Shown in pieces: positions 46,310 through 55,987 of a stretch of DNA of 64,000 nucleotides; position 1 is the stretch's first letter; each line of letters starts with the position of its first letter. This DNA is from an uncultured Acidobacteriota bacterium (GTDB lineage: Bacteria > Acidobacteriota > Vicinamibacteria > Vicinamibacterales > JAKQTR01), in NCBI GenBank assembly GCA_963700065.1, contig CAVOWJ010000007.1, positions 786,637 through 850,636 of the forward strand, given 5' to 3'. The position numbers and the translations under genes were made by a program. The notes under the pieces were generated by a model that did no database searches, had not been told where the DNA came from, and saw nothing but the letters and a program-made list of their open reading frames with translations.

Positions 46310-47676
46310 GAGGCGCGATGATGAAACACCTGCACTGCTCCGCCGCCGCGGCCCTCGTCATGTGCGTAACCGCGCTCCTCCCGTGCGCCGCGTCAGCACA
46401 GCCGGCCACGCCTGACACGTTCGTCACGTGGATCGAAGCGCGCGTGCAGGCGGCCATCGCGGCGAAAAAGGCCGCCGCACAGGCCGCCGCGGAAAAGAAA
46501 AAGGTGGGCGACAACGGCAACGGAATCGCCAATCAGAAGGAGGCGCCGAGCAGTGACAGCGCGTCGACGTCTCTCGTGGACAACAGCGCCGCGAGCGATT
46601 TCGTCTCGCTGGCGTTGAGCCTTACCGGCCTGACACCGACAGCGGACGACGAGTCGAAGCCGAAATCGGGCTCCATCACCGTGACGGCCTACAGCCTCGC
46701 GGCGGGGATCAAGGGCGTCGGGCTGACGGACCCGGAGTTCTACAAGAATGCGACGAACTGGCGTCGCCTTGCTCTCACGATCGGATCCGAGGCCTCCAAG
46801 CCCGAAGACGTCTTCACCGACAAGCCTTCGACGAACATCGGTGCCAAGTTCCTGATCATCAACAGCCGCGACGTCTACAGCACCTACGCCAAGGACGAAT
46901 TCAAGACGATGGACGCTGCGGTCGGCGTATTTCAGCAACTCGAACTCAACGACAGAAACCGGCTCGAATGCGTGATCTTCCGCGCGGTAACCGGACGCGT
47001 GGTTTCCACCCCAGACTGCCGGACGACCGACGCGACGGCGTTCGCCGCGTTCCTGGCAACGAATCCGTTCGACCTGGCGCAATGGCCGAGTAACCGCGCC
47101 GCGCTCGAGAAGCACGCCGACGCGATGGCCGCCGTCAACGGCATCGTCGAGAGCATTGCTGCCGCCAAGGTGATCGCGCTCGACAGTGTGGCCGAGGCTG
47201 TCGAACGAATTCAGAAGGCGCGGCAGTTGTCGGTCGCGTACTTCACGAAGCAGCGCCAGGACGAGGGCACCAACGAGCATCGTCTCGAGCTGATCTTCGA
47301 CTACGGGCTGAGCGATCGCCTGAACTGGACCGTGAACGGCAGCTACGACCACAAGGATCGGAAGAAGGCGGAGATGAAGGACTCGGACAGCGGCCGGCTT
47401 GCGACGGAGTTCCAAGCGAAGCTGACCGGTCGCGGCAGCCAGGTGTGGAGCGCAGCGCCGGTCCTCATCGCGGGATCTGCCGAAGCGTCGAAGGAGTCGG
47501 GCGCCGACTGGCTGGTCCGCACGCAGGTCAAGGTGACGATTCCGGTCGCAGCAGGCATCACCATCCCCGTGGCCCACACGTACGCGAGCCGCGCCTCTGA
47601 GGGCATCGAGGCGGGATCGGCGTTCAGGTTCTCGCTGAGCATCGACCCCGTTCGCCTGCGCGAGCGCTTCCGTTAG
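46306..47676 (+). CDS. secreted protein with Ala/Lys-rich helical N-region and beta-barrel-like C-terminus (putative outer-membrane protein)
   Basis: Signal peptide MRGAMMKHLHCSAAAALVMCVTALLPCAASA. The C-terminal ~170 aa show alternating hydrophobic strands (LELIFDYGL, LNWTVNGSY, VKVTIPV, SAFRFSLSI). Confidence 0.6.
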   Translation: MRGAMMKHLHCSAAAALVMCVTALLPCAASAQPATPDTFVTWIEARVQAAIAAKKAAAQAAAEKKKVGDNGNGIANQKEAPSSDSASTSLVDNSAASDFVSLALSLTGLTPTADDESKPKSGSITVTAYSLAAGIKGVGLTDPEFYKNATNWRRLALTIGSEASKPEDVFTDKPSTNIGAKFLIINSRDVYSTYAKDEFKTMDAAVGVFQQLELNDRNRLECVIFRAVTGRVVSTPDCRTTDATAFAAFLATNPFDLAQWPSNRAALEKHADAMAAVNGIVESIAAAKVIALDSVAEAVERIQKARQLSVAYFTKQRQDEGTNEHRLELIFDYGLSDRLNWTVNGSYDHKDRKKAEMKDSDSGRLATEFQAKLTGRGSQVWSAAPVLIAGSAEASKESGADWLVRTQVKVTIPVAAGITIPVAHTYASRASEGIEAGSAFRFSLSIDPVRLRERFR

Positions 47677-47689
47677 TTGCGAGGGCGCC

Positions 47690-49042
47690 ATGCCGATTCG
47701 CGACATCCTTGCACCCGGCGCAGTCGTGGTGGGCATGGCGACGGCAGCCCTCCTCGGCCAGAACCAGCTGCAGATTGTGAAGGGCACCGCGCGATCCGAC
47801 GTTCCGCCGGTTCCATCGAGCGCGCCGGCAGTGCCAGGCGCCGCCGGCGCGACTCCCGGATTGACCGGCGTTTCCTTCTCTGGGCGCGTGGGATTTGGCG
47901 ACGCGAGGCTGACGCTCAACCGCATGGTCGGCGGCGCCTACGTCTCCGACTTCTTCGTGACGAACCCGGAATGCTCCGATCAGGTCGTGTCGTTTTCGGT
48001 GCTGATCCTCGATCGGAACCGCCAGCGGCTCGGAGTAAATTCCGTCGTGACGCGCGTCGAGCGGAATCCCGTTCCCTCCGAAGTCCCTCAAGAGCCAGCC
48101 GGACAGTGGCGGCTGACGCCGGGAGAGGCCGACCTCTTCAGGGTCACGATCGCCCCACCGTTGGCGAGCGGTCCAGCCCAGGGTTGGTTCGACCTGGCGT
48201 GGAGCGCGCTCCGCAGCGCGCCGATGAACTACGGCCACTGGACGGGACATCTGCCTTCCACCGGCATTCTTCTCCTCACGCGCCATTCGGCGCCGGGAGA
48301 GCTCAAGAACGAGAACAATGGCACGAGCTGCGTGAAGGGCATGACGCTGATCAGCCGCGCGGCCCTGCCGCTCCTCCTCGATCCTCCGCTGCCGTCGGGC
48401 CTGGATACCGGCGTCCTCTTCGCCTCTCTTATTCTGGCGTCGGGCGTGACGCTGCTCTGCGTGGTATTCGTCTTCCGCAGCTCCACGAACTTCTGGGATC
48501 CGATGCCGGCCGTGCCGTTCGACCTCAAGAACAGCTGGGCCGCTAACCTCGCTGTCGGCGGAGGACTGATTACCGCGCTCATGACCACCGCGATTCTGTC
48601 GGCGGATCGCTATTCGACTAACAGCTCGTCGTACGGCGTGCTCGCCGCTCTCTTCGCCGCCCTCGTGCCTCTGGGCGCGGCGCTGTATGGACTGTCCCGG
48701 CCGGCCTCCGGGCCCGCGCAGGGTGACGGATACGTCGTCAGTTTTCTGGGAACGACGCTGATCGTGCTGTGGGGGGCCTTCGGTCAGATGCTGCTGATCG
48801 GCATGTTCCTCCGGGAGCTGGACTTGGCCGGCGTCCTCACGCCTTTTTCGGCGGGAGTGCTCATCGTCACGACAAAGGTCGTGATTATCAGCCTGGCAAT
48901 CTATGCCGTCATTGGATCGCTTGGCACCATCGCGGAGGGTGCGCCGGCACCTCAGCCAGCCAAACCAGCGACGGATGGACAGGACCAGGCACCGCAGCGG
49001 CCCGCCCTCCCCGCGAATCGCCGGCCCGCCGCGATGATCTGA
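47690..49042 (+). CDS. integral membrane protein (soluble N-domain plus ~5 TM helices)
   Basis: ORF track 450 aa. Starts 13 nt after the upstream stop. TM stretches include VLFASLILASGVTLLCVVFVF, LAVGGGLITALMTTAIL, VLAALFAALVPLGAALYGL and FLGTTLIVLWGAFGQMLLIGMF. Confidence 0.65.
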   Translation: MPIRDILAPGAVVVGMATAALLGQNQLQIVKGTARSDVPPVPSSAPAVPGAAGATPGLTGVSFSGRVGFGDARLTLNRMVGGAYVSDFFVTNPECSDQVVSFSVLILDRNRQRLGVNSVVTRVERNPVPSEVPQEPAGQWRLTPGEADLFRVTIAPPLASGPAQGWFDLAWSALRSAPMNYGHWTGHLPSTGILLLTRHSAPGELKNENNGTSCVKGMTLISRAALPLLLDPPLPSGLDTGVLFASLILASGVTLLCVVFVFRSSTNFWDPMPAVPFDLKNSWAANLAVGGGLITALMTTAILSADRYSTNSSSYGVLAALFAALVPLGAALYGLSRPASGPAQGDGYVVSFLGTTLIVLWGAFGQMLLIGMFLRELDLAGVLTPFSAGVLIVTTKVVIISLAIYAVIGSLGTIAEGAPAPQPAKPATDGQDQAPQRPALPANRRPAAMI

Positions 49043-49393
49043 CGTGAGCGAAGGCGGGCACGTCGGGCATACGTTTGCCGTGCACCGCGCCGAGCGTCCA
49101 AGTCTCAACAACACTGCCCGGAGCCCTGCCGGGAACGTAGGTATTCTTGGATGTTGGAATTGCGCGCGGCCGGCGATTCGACTCAGGAATGAGGGGGGTG
49201 AGCTGGGCGGAGCCAATTGTGGCGATGAGTCTGGTCCACGACGCTGCGTGCGTCCCGAGAACGCTGCCTGACGTCTGGAACCAGCCCCGGTCAGATGAAC
49301 TGCAGTGAGACCTGCGCTGTTCTGGCAGTGCCCGCAATCAGGAGATACCAGCCAAACCCCTGGCCGACTCGGCGTCAGGCGTTTAGTTCCGAC

Positions 49394-49936
49394 CTATCGC
49401 CCCCCAACCGGGCCCGGGAACGGCACCACATACCGCACCCGCCGGAGGAAGGCGCTGTCGATGTCTTCCCGACGATTGGTGGATAGGATGACTATGCCCT
49501 CATGCGCTTCCAGCTTCTGCAGCAGATAGCCGATTTCGAGGTTGGCGTAGCGATCGTGACTGTCCTTCACCTCGGTGCGCGTGCCGAACAGCGCATCGGC
49601 CTCGTCGAAGAACAAAACGGCCCCGGTGCGTTCGGCCTCCTCGAAGAGCCGCGCCAGGTTCTTCTCCGTTTCGCCGATGTACTTGCTCACCACGAGGGAG
49701 AGGTCGACCCGGTGGAGCTCGAGGCGCAGCCGGAGTGCGAGCAGTTCAGCCGCCATCGTCTTGCCGGGGCCGCTCGGGCCGACGAACAGGACGAAGAGGC
49801 AAGCCGCGATGGTGCCATCGGCGGAGGCGCCCCGATCTGAGCGCCGGCTCGAACGCTCCCGCCACTCTGCCGCGATGTCGTTCAGTGACCGACGCTGGGG
49901 CTCAGGGATGCCGTCGGGATTGCCCATGCTGAACAC
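49394..49936 (-). pseudogene. truncated AAA+ ATPase, core only; paralogue of the eCIS ATPase at 60105..61448
   Basis: FVGPSGPGKT ... LSLVVSKYIGETEKNLARLFEEA ... VLFFDEADALFG ... DSHDRYAN is collinear with the ATPase core at 60105..61448. It lacks the long N-domain and the C-terminal lid. Confidence 0.6.
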
Positions 49937-50327
49937 CCTCCTGGCTCTGCGTCATCCCGCCGCCTCGCGGAACGCCTCGCAACAGGTAGTTGGCGCCAGT
50001 TTCCCGGTGGGCGACCGGTCGCATGGGCTGTCCGAGCATGGCGGTGGTCAACGACATTCTCGCCCCAGGTGACGTTGCCAACAAGTGCTTTCCCGGCGGG
50101 AGCTTCAGGGTGTCCTGGTGCGCATCGACTGCGGATTGCCGCCGGCAGCAGAAGTTGGGAATCGACGCGTTGGCCGGATGGAGCCAATCATCGGCGATGT
50201 GTCTGGCTCGAGACGTTGCGTGCGTCCCAAGAACGCCGCCTGGAGCGCGGGAGGCAGGGATCATACAATGCCGCCGCGCCCGCTCGCGCCGGGAGGCGTC
50301 GGCGGTCCGGTGCTCCCTGAGGTCAAC

Positions 50328-51633
50328 ATGAAGACGCCTTGCCGCCTGTCACACGCCCGGTCTGGCCGGCCGCCCGTCCGCGGCGGGCTCGGGTGTCTCG
50401 TCGTCGCCGCCGCCGTGGTCGCCTCGGCCGGGCCCGCCGCTCAACAGTCCGCCAGGGTCACACAGATCACGCACGGCCCCCTGCATCACTACTTCGGGTA
50501 CATCGGCCAGAGCCGCACCGTGCCGTGGAACGCCGACGGCCGCTACCTGCTGGCGCTGCAGGTGCCCTACCAGGACCGGCTGCCCGGCGCCGGCGATGCC
50601 GCAGAGGTGTGCCTGATCGACACGCGCAACAACTACGCCGTGCGGGTCGTGGACCGCACGCTCGGCTGGAACCCCCAGCAGGGCACGATGTTCTACTGGA
50701 ACCCCGAGCACCCGGAAACGCAGTTCTTCTTCAACGATCGCGACCCGGCCACGGGCAAGGTGTTCACGGTGCTGTTCGACATCAGCGCCGACGGCGGCCG
50801 GGGCGGGCGCGTGCGCGAGTACCGCTTCGACGACACGCCGGCGGCCAACGCCGGCGTGGCGCAGAACGGCGGCTATTTCACCGCGATCAACTACGCGCGG
50901 ATGGCCCGGCTTCGTCCGGTGACCGGCTACCGCGACGCGTGGGACTGGACGAAGGGCGTGGGCGCGCCCGCCGACGATGGGGTGTTCCGCGTGGACGTCG
51001 GCACGGGCCAGAAGACGCTCATCGTCTCCTTCGCGCAACTGAAGGAGGCGCTTCGCGGGACGGTCGAGAACCTCGACGCCAGGCACTTCTTCATCAACCA
51101 CACCCTGAACAACCGCAACAACGATCTGATCTACTTCTTCTGCCGCGCCGACTTCGAGCAGCAGGTGGACGGGCCGCGCGTCAACGCGGTCTTCACCGTA
51201 CGCCCGGATGGATCCGAGCTGACCCGCCACGAGGTGTTCATCGGGGGGCACCCGGAGTGGGGATGGGGCCCGGGAGATCATCGGCTCGCGCGAAGGCCGC
51301 CAGGCGGTGTACGACACGGCGCGCCGGCAGGTGGTCCGATCGCTCGGCGGCCCGGAGGTGTTCAAGGCGCCCGAGGGCGACATCTCGCTGAGCCCCGACG
51401 GCAGCTGGTTCGTCAACGGCCATCGCGAAGGCCAGCACCACTCCTACACGTTCCTCGAGATGCGCACGGGCCGGGTGATCACGTCGCCGCCCGTATTCCT
51501 GTCCACGTGGAACAGCGGCCCGCTTCGGCTCGATCCGGCCCCGGCCTGGAACCGGACAAGCGACGCCATCGTCGTGCCCGGCATCGCGCCCGACGGCACG
51601 AGGCAGATGTTCCTGATCGACCTCACGCGGTGA
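50328..51633 (+). CDS. hypothetical secreted protein (beta-propeller-like); frame disruption near 51270
   Basis: Start MKTPCRLSHARSG...CLVVAAAVVASAGPAAQ. It reads sensibly in ORF 50085..51719 up to GGHPEWGWG, then continues EIIGSREGRQAVYD... in ORF 51307..51633. Confidence 0.6.
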
Positions 51634-51693
51634 GGCCGGCCCCGGGCCGCCGACGCGGCCGCCCTTGGCGCCACAGCCGGCAGGCGCCCGTCA

Positions 51694-53166
51694 TCAGAAC
51701 CGCGACCGGACTTTCCTGACCTGCCACGTGTTGTGCTTCTCGTTCAGCGTGGCGCACAGGATCGTCTCGCCGTCGGTGCGGACGTTGACCAGGCCGTAGA
51801 TCAGGCCGGCGACGATGAACGTGTCGGCCAGGGACCGCTGCACACGCGTGGGCCGCAGGTCGCCGGCCTTGGTCACCTCTGCGTGCACCACGACCGACCG
51901 CAGGTCGGTGATCTCCGACGTCTGGCCGCTCTGCGTCACCGTCACCTTCTTGGGCTCGCCGAGATTGATGCTCCTGGCCAGTTCCGTCGAGTACACCAGC
52001 GGGCTCACGATCCGGTCCCTGTCGATGGCCAGGTAGCCGGTCGTCGCGCTGGCGGCCACAACCGCGGGGCGCGGGTGGTCGTGCCCCTCGGCGTCGCCGG
52101 AGGAGATGATCGTGACGGCGGGGCGCATCGCGCTGAGGAACTCGTACGACACGTCGTCGCTGCCGTGGTGGCAGGCCTTGGCCACGTCGCACTGGAACTC
52201 GATGCGCCGGCCCGTGTAGTCGTTGAGCAGCGCCTGCTGGCTCTCCGCGTTGAGGTCGCCCGTGAGCAGGACGCGGACGCGCCCGTAGTCGAGCCGCAGC
52301 AGGAGACTGTTGCCGTTCGTGTTCTTCGAGTCGGACGAGAACCGCCGGACGGCCGGCTGGCCGTTCGCCTCCTGATCGACCGGCGCCAGCACGCGAAGGG
52401 CAACGCCGCCGCCGGCCCCGTCGAACCCGGGCACGCAGCCGTCCCGCTCGCTGAGGCGGGCGATCGGCGTGGGCTTGCCGTCTCCGCCCCGGGCCGTGGT
52501 GACCTTGCGGAGGAAACCGGCCCACTCACCCTGCAGCTTCGGCTCGCCGTCGTCTTTCAGCGCCGCCAGCACCTGGGGCCGCTTGCCGAGCAGCTGTGTC
52601 AGGAAACGGCCGTCGGCCGACGGCGGGCCCAGCCACCGCTTGCCGGTGGCCGGATTGACCCACCACGCCACGCCGGCGTGGTAGAAGGCGTCCACGTGGA
52701 CCTGGTCTGCGTCGAGTTCCTCGTCCTGCGCCGTGTCGAGCAGGTCGTTCAGGCCGCCGTAGTGGTCGGCGTCGTTGTGCGACGCGATCATCGCGTCGAG
52801 ATGAATGGTGTCGGCGCCGTAGTCCTTCGCGAACTTCCAGTCCACGAAGTCCGCCGCGCTCTTGCCCGTCGGCTGGCTCGCGCGGGTGTAGCCGCCGTCG
52901 ATCAGCACGTGCCGGTTGTCGGGCGTGCGGATGAGGACGCCGTCGCCCTGGCCCACGTCGATGAAATACAGCTCGAGGAGCGACTGGTCGCCGATCGCCC
53001 CGCTGTCGACGTACCCCAGCTTGCCCCGCGCCCGCACCTTGACGCGCGGGCCCGAGTTGTCGACGACGATCACATGATCGCCCCACAGCAGCTCGAGCAG
53101 CGTATCCTTGCCGGCGGGAGCCGCGTAGAGAGGCGTGGTGTCCGCAGCGACGTACTTCACAGCCAT
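51694..53166 (-). CDS. MBL-fold metallo-hydrolase (ComEC C-terminal-like) with N-terminal SH3-like segment
   Basis: ORF track 490 aa. YFIDVGQGDGVLI, IASHNDADHYGGL, LLTGDL and ACHHGSDD. Confidence 0.75.
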   Translation of the reverse strand: MAVKYVAADTTPLYAAPAGKDTLLELLWGDHVIVVDNSGPRVKVRARGKLGYVDSGAIGDQSLLELYFIDVGQGDGVLIRTPDNRHVLIDGGYTRASQPTGKSAADFVDWKFAKDYGADTIHLDAMIASHNDADHYGGLNDLLDTAQDEELDADQVHVDAFYHAGVAWWVNPATGKRWLGPPSADGRFLTQLLGKRPQVLAALKDDGEPKLQGEWAGFLRKVTTARGGDGKPTPIARLSERDGCVPGFDGAGGGVALRVLAPVDQEANGQPAVRRFSSDSKNTNGNSLLLRLDYGRVRVLLTGDLNAESQQALLNDYTGRRIEFQCDVAKACHHGSDDVSYEFLSAMRPAVTIISSGDAEGHDHPRPAVVAASATTGYLAIDRDRIVSPLVYSTELARSINLGEPKKVTVTQSGQTSEITDLRSVVVHAEVTKAGDLRPTRVQRSLADTFIVAGLIYGLVNVRTDGETILCATLNEKHNTWQVRKVRSRF

Positions 53167-53259
53167 CGGTCACCTCCAGGAAGACACGCATCAGCAGACG
53201 CCGGGCACGCGTCTCCGGCGAACCTCTCGCCTGTACTCCGCCTGGCCGGGCTGCCGCCG

Positions 53260-53520
53260 CTAGACCGGGGAGGGGCGCGCGCGCACGCGCCGCAGGTTCG
53301 GCACGGCGGTCAGGGACGGCGCGTCGACAACATCCACGACGACGCGCGACCCTTGGTGCTCGAACCGATACTGGCGGCCCGTGTACGGCCCGAACACCGT
53401 GAGCGCCGTCGGGCCGACGTACTCGAACCGCGCCTGCCGCCCCGGCGGAATGGGCCCAGCCGTGCGGCCGGTGTCGCCGGCCGCAGCGAACGGTCTGTCA
53501 GGAGCCTGCCGAACCGACAT
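53260..53520 (-). CDS. small hypothetical protein (86 aa)
   Basis: Sensible sequence starts at MSVRQAPDRPF...ARFEYVGPTALTVFGPYTGRQYRFEHQGSRVVVDVVDA. It overlaps the upstream gene by 23 nt. Confidence 0.4.
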   Translation of the reverse strand: MSVRQAPDRPFAAAGDTGRTAGPIPPGRQARFEYVGPTALTVFGPYTGRQYRFEHQGSRVVVDVVDAPSLTAVPNLRRVRARPSPV

Positions 53521-53866
53521 CGTCGCGCGGCCGCAACACGCCATCGTCGGCCTCCTTGTCCTCGGAGTACGGCGCTGCCAGAACGTCTTCATTGCGCGCA
53601 CTCCAACGTTCGAGAAGGCTCGCGCCTCCCGATAGTGCGAGCCACAGCAGGAAGGTCTCACGCCAGGATTCACCCAGCATCAGGGAAAACGGAGCGGCCA
53701 CCCAGAGGCTGAGGCAGTAGAAGCACGCGAACAGGGTTCCTCCGAGTCCGGTGCCCAAGCGGCGGCGGAAGCGGGCCACGATCTCCCACGGCCCATCCTC
53801 GGCGTTGAGCAGATGCGTGATCCGCCAGACGCCGAGCACCCCGAGCATGAACCAGTAGAGCGCCAT
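53498..53866 (-). CDS. DUF1360-like small membrane protein
   Basis: MALYWFMLGVLGVWRITHLLNAEDGPWEIVARFR...LFACFYCLSLWVAAPF. The RITHL plus C..C.S.W pattern is recalled as DUF1360. Confidence 0.6.
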   Translation of the reverse strand: MALYWFMLGVLGVWRITHLLNAEDGPWEIVARFRRRLGTGLGGTLFACFYCLSLWVAAPFSLMLGESWRETFLLWLALSGGASLLERWSARNEDVLAAPYSEDKEADDGVLRPRDDVGSAGS

Positions 53867-54514
53867 GGCTCGTTGTGACCGCTTGCCCGGCAGGCCGCGT
53901 TCGGCCGAGAAGCTGCGCGCGCGAGAATCAGCCGGGCTCGTGCGGAGTATACCGGGGGGTTGTGCCTGTCACAAGCGGCGCCGCGCGGCCGCGCTGGCGG
54001 ATTGCCAGGTACCGGAATTCGCGCGCCTGCATCGCGCGTGGCGACAAGAGGCATGCCAGTGAAGTCGCGGATTGCACACTGACTCGCGGAGCGGAAATTC
54101 ACTGTGCAGTCGCTTGAAAACACCGATCGCGCGCCGGATACTGTACTCGCTCTCCGAGGTCAACATGGGCATGCCGTGCTCGGCAGTTCGCGCGGGACGC
54201 GGCGTCGGCCGGTTCGGCGGCAGGCGCTCGCGGCGGCCGTTCAGGCCGGCAGTCCCGGCGCGCGCGGCAGCGGGCACGCGACGCCCTCGCCTCAGATCGT
54301 GTGCGGCACGCACAGGGCGGGAATCCGGGCATCGGCAGATGGCCTGACGGCGTTCCCGGCGCCGCCCTGCGTCCGACCCGCGGTCAGCCCGGCCAGCGCC
54401 GGGCGCCGCCCCGTCGGACTCGGCTGTCGAGGCCGGCCTCCCAATTCGCCCGGCGCCGGCGTCACCGTTCTGCAAAGCCCCAGCGGTCCGGCGCAGTCCC
54501 GGAAGGAGTGAGAC

Positions 54515-55582
54515 ATGCCACAGAAGCGCGCGCAAGGTTTGTTGGCGGCAATTCGCGCCAAGGGCTACGACTGGGCTGTTGACGAGGCCCAGCCCCTCGC
54601 CAGACTGAGCGTGAAGGAACAGCGTTCCTACCTCGGCCTGTCGGTCACCGAAGAGGAGATGAAAGCGACGGCCGCGGCGATCAAGGCGCAGACGGCGTTC
54701 GCGGCGCTCCAGGCGGTCACCGCCCCTGCGGCGATCGACTGGCGCAACAACGGCGGCAACTGGACGACGCCGGTGAAGGACCAGGCGAGCTGCGGGAGCT
54801 GCGTGGCGTTCGGCACCTGCGGCACCCTCGAGGCCCGGATCAAGATCGCGTGCAAGAGCGCGTCGATGATGCCCGACCTCTCCGAGGCGCACCTCTTCTA
54901 CTGCGGGTGCGGGAACTGCTGCAACAACGGGTGGAACTTCCCGCCGGCGCTCGACTTCTGCAAGAACACCGGCGTCGCGCAGGAGTCGGCGTTCCCGTAC
55001 ACGCCCGGGAACCAGCCCTGCAAGACCGGGCTGACGCCGTACATCAAGCTGACGGGCTGGTCGGCCGTCCTCGCCGTCACCGACCGCAAGAACGTGCTGG
55101 CGGCGAAGGGACCCATGGTGGCCGGCATGGCCGTCTACCAGGACTTCTTCGCCTACCGCGCGGGCGTCTACCGGCACGTCAGCGGCGGGCTGTCCGGCTA
55201 CCACGCCATCAGCGTCGTCGGCTACGACAATGCGCAGGAGTGCTGGATCTGCAAGAACAGCTGGGGCACGACCTGGGGCGACGGCGGCTGGTTCCGCATC
55301 GGCTACGGCCAGTGCGGCATCGATACCAGCTTCGCGTTCTACGACGTGAGCCTGGAGTGCCCGGACGGCGGTGACTGCCGGAAGTACATGCCGTACCTGG
55401 TGCGCGTGCTGCAGGCGGCCAGGACCAACCCGAGCCTGCGCGCGTGCCTGCGATACTACGTCTGCCGGCGGCTCCCGCGGCCGATCTGCAACCCGGGGTA
55501 TCTCAACGTGGTCCGCGCCGTGCTGGCCATCCTCAGGAAGTGCCCGCAGTACCGGCTCGCGTTCTGCAGAGGCCTGGAGTAG
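54515..55582 (+). CDS. papain-family (C1A) cysteine peptidase with Cys-rich C-terminal extension; no signal peptide seen
   Basis: SD GGAAGGAG. IDWRNNGGNWTTPVKDQASCGSCVAFG (Cys), GYHAISVVGYD (His), CKNSWGTTWGDGGWFRI (Asn/Trp). Confidence 0.9.
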   Translation: MPQKRAQGLLAAIRAKGYDWAVDEAQPLARLSVKEQRSYLGLSVTEEEMKATAAAIKAQTAFAALQAVTAPAAIDWRNNGGNWTTPVKDQASCGSCVAFGTCGTLEARIKIACKSASMMPDLSEAHLFYCGCGNCCNNGWNFPPALDFCKNTGVAQESAFPYTPGNQPCKTGLTPYIKLTGWSAVLAVTDRKNVLAAKGPMVAGMAVYQDFFAYRAGVYRHVSGGLSGYHAISVVGYDNAQECWICKNSWGTTWGDGGWFRIGYGQCGIDTSFAFYDVSLECPDGGDCRKYMPYLVRVLQAARTNPSLRACLRYYVCRRLPRPICNPGYLNVVRAVLAILRKCPQYRLAFCRGLE

Positions 55583-55629
55583 CCTTGAGCTGACGCGGCG
55601 GTTGAAACCCGAATGGGAAGGAGCCAGCC

Positions 55630-55942
55630 ATGTCCGATACGAGTGAGATCCTGCTGCTGGATCCGGCAGGAGAGTTCGGCGCACTCGAGTACCGGGGATT
55701 TCGAGGGCGGCGTCACCGCCTTCGCCGAGATTCCCGCGCTCGAGACCCTGGATGCTGACCTCAGCGCCGCCGTGGCGGCCGACGAGGGCGGAGAACTGGA
55801 GCAGGCCCTGGCCGAGAGCGAACTCAGCCCGGAGGAGGAACTGGCGTTCGCCGAGTTCGAGACGCCCGCGGCCACGGCGCTCGACGAGCTGGTCGCCGCC
55901 CTGCAGCGGCACCCGGGACTGAAGATCACGATCTCGTTCTGA
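55630..55942 (+). CDS. small acidic hypothetical protein; probable frame disruption near 55693
   Basis: ATG 55630 gives MSDTSEILLLDPAGEFGALEY. The sensible continuation GDFEGGVTAFAEIPALETLDADLS...LKITISF lies in ORF 55613..55942. Confidence 0.35.
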
Positions 55943-55987
55943 ACCTGTCGCCCGCCCGGTCCGGGGGCCGGGCGGGCGCTGCTCCGA

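Noticed and set aside
53867-54514. The ~650-bp gap upstream of the C1 protease, inspected for a small gene or structured RNA (for example the possible start MPMLTSESEYSIRRAIGVFKRLHSEF on the minus strand).
   Set aside because: I cannot support any ORF. There is no SD, and every candidate merges into a shadow ORF. I could not recognise a known riboswitch or ncRNA by eye. The region is left unannotated.
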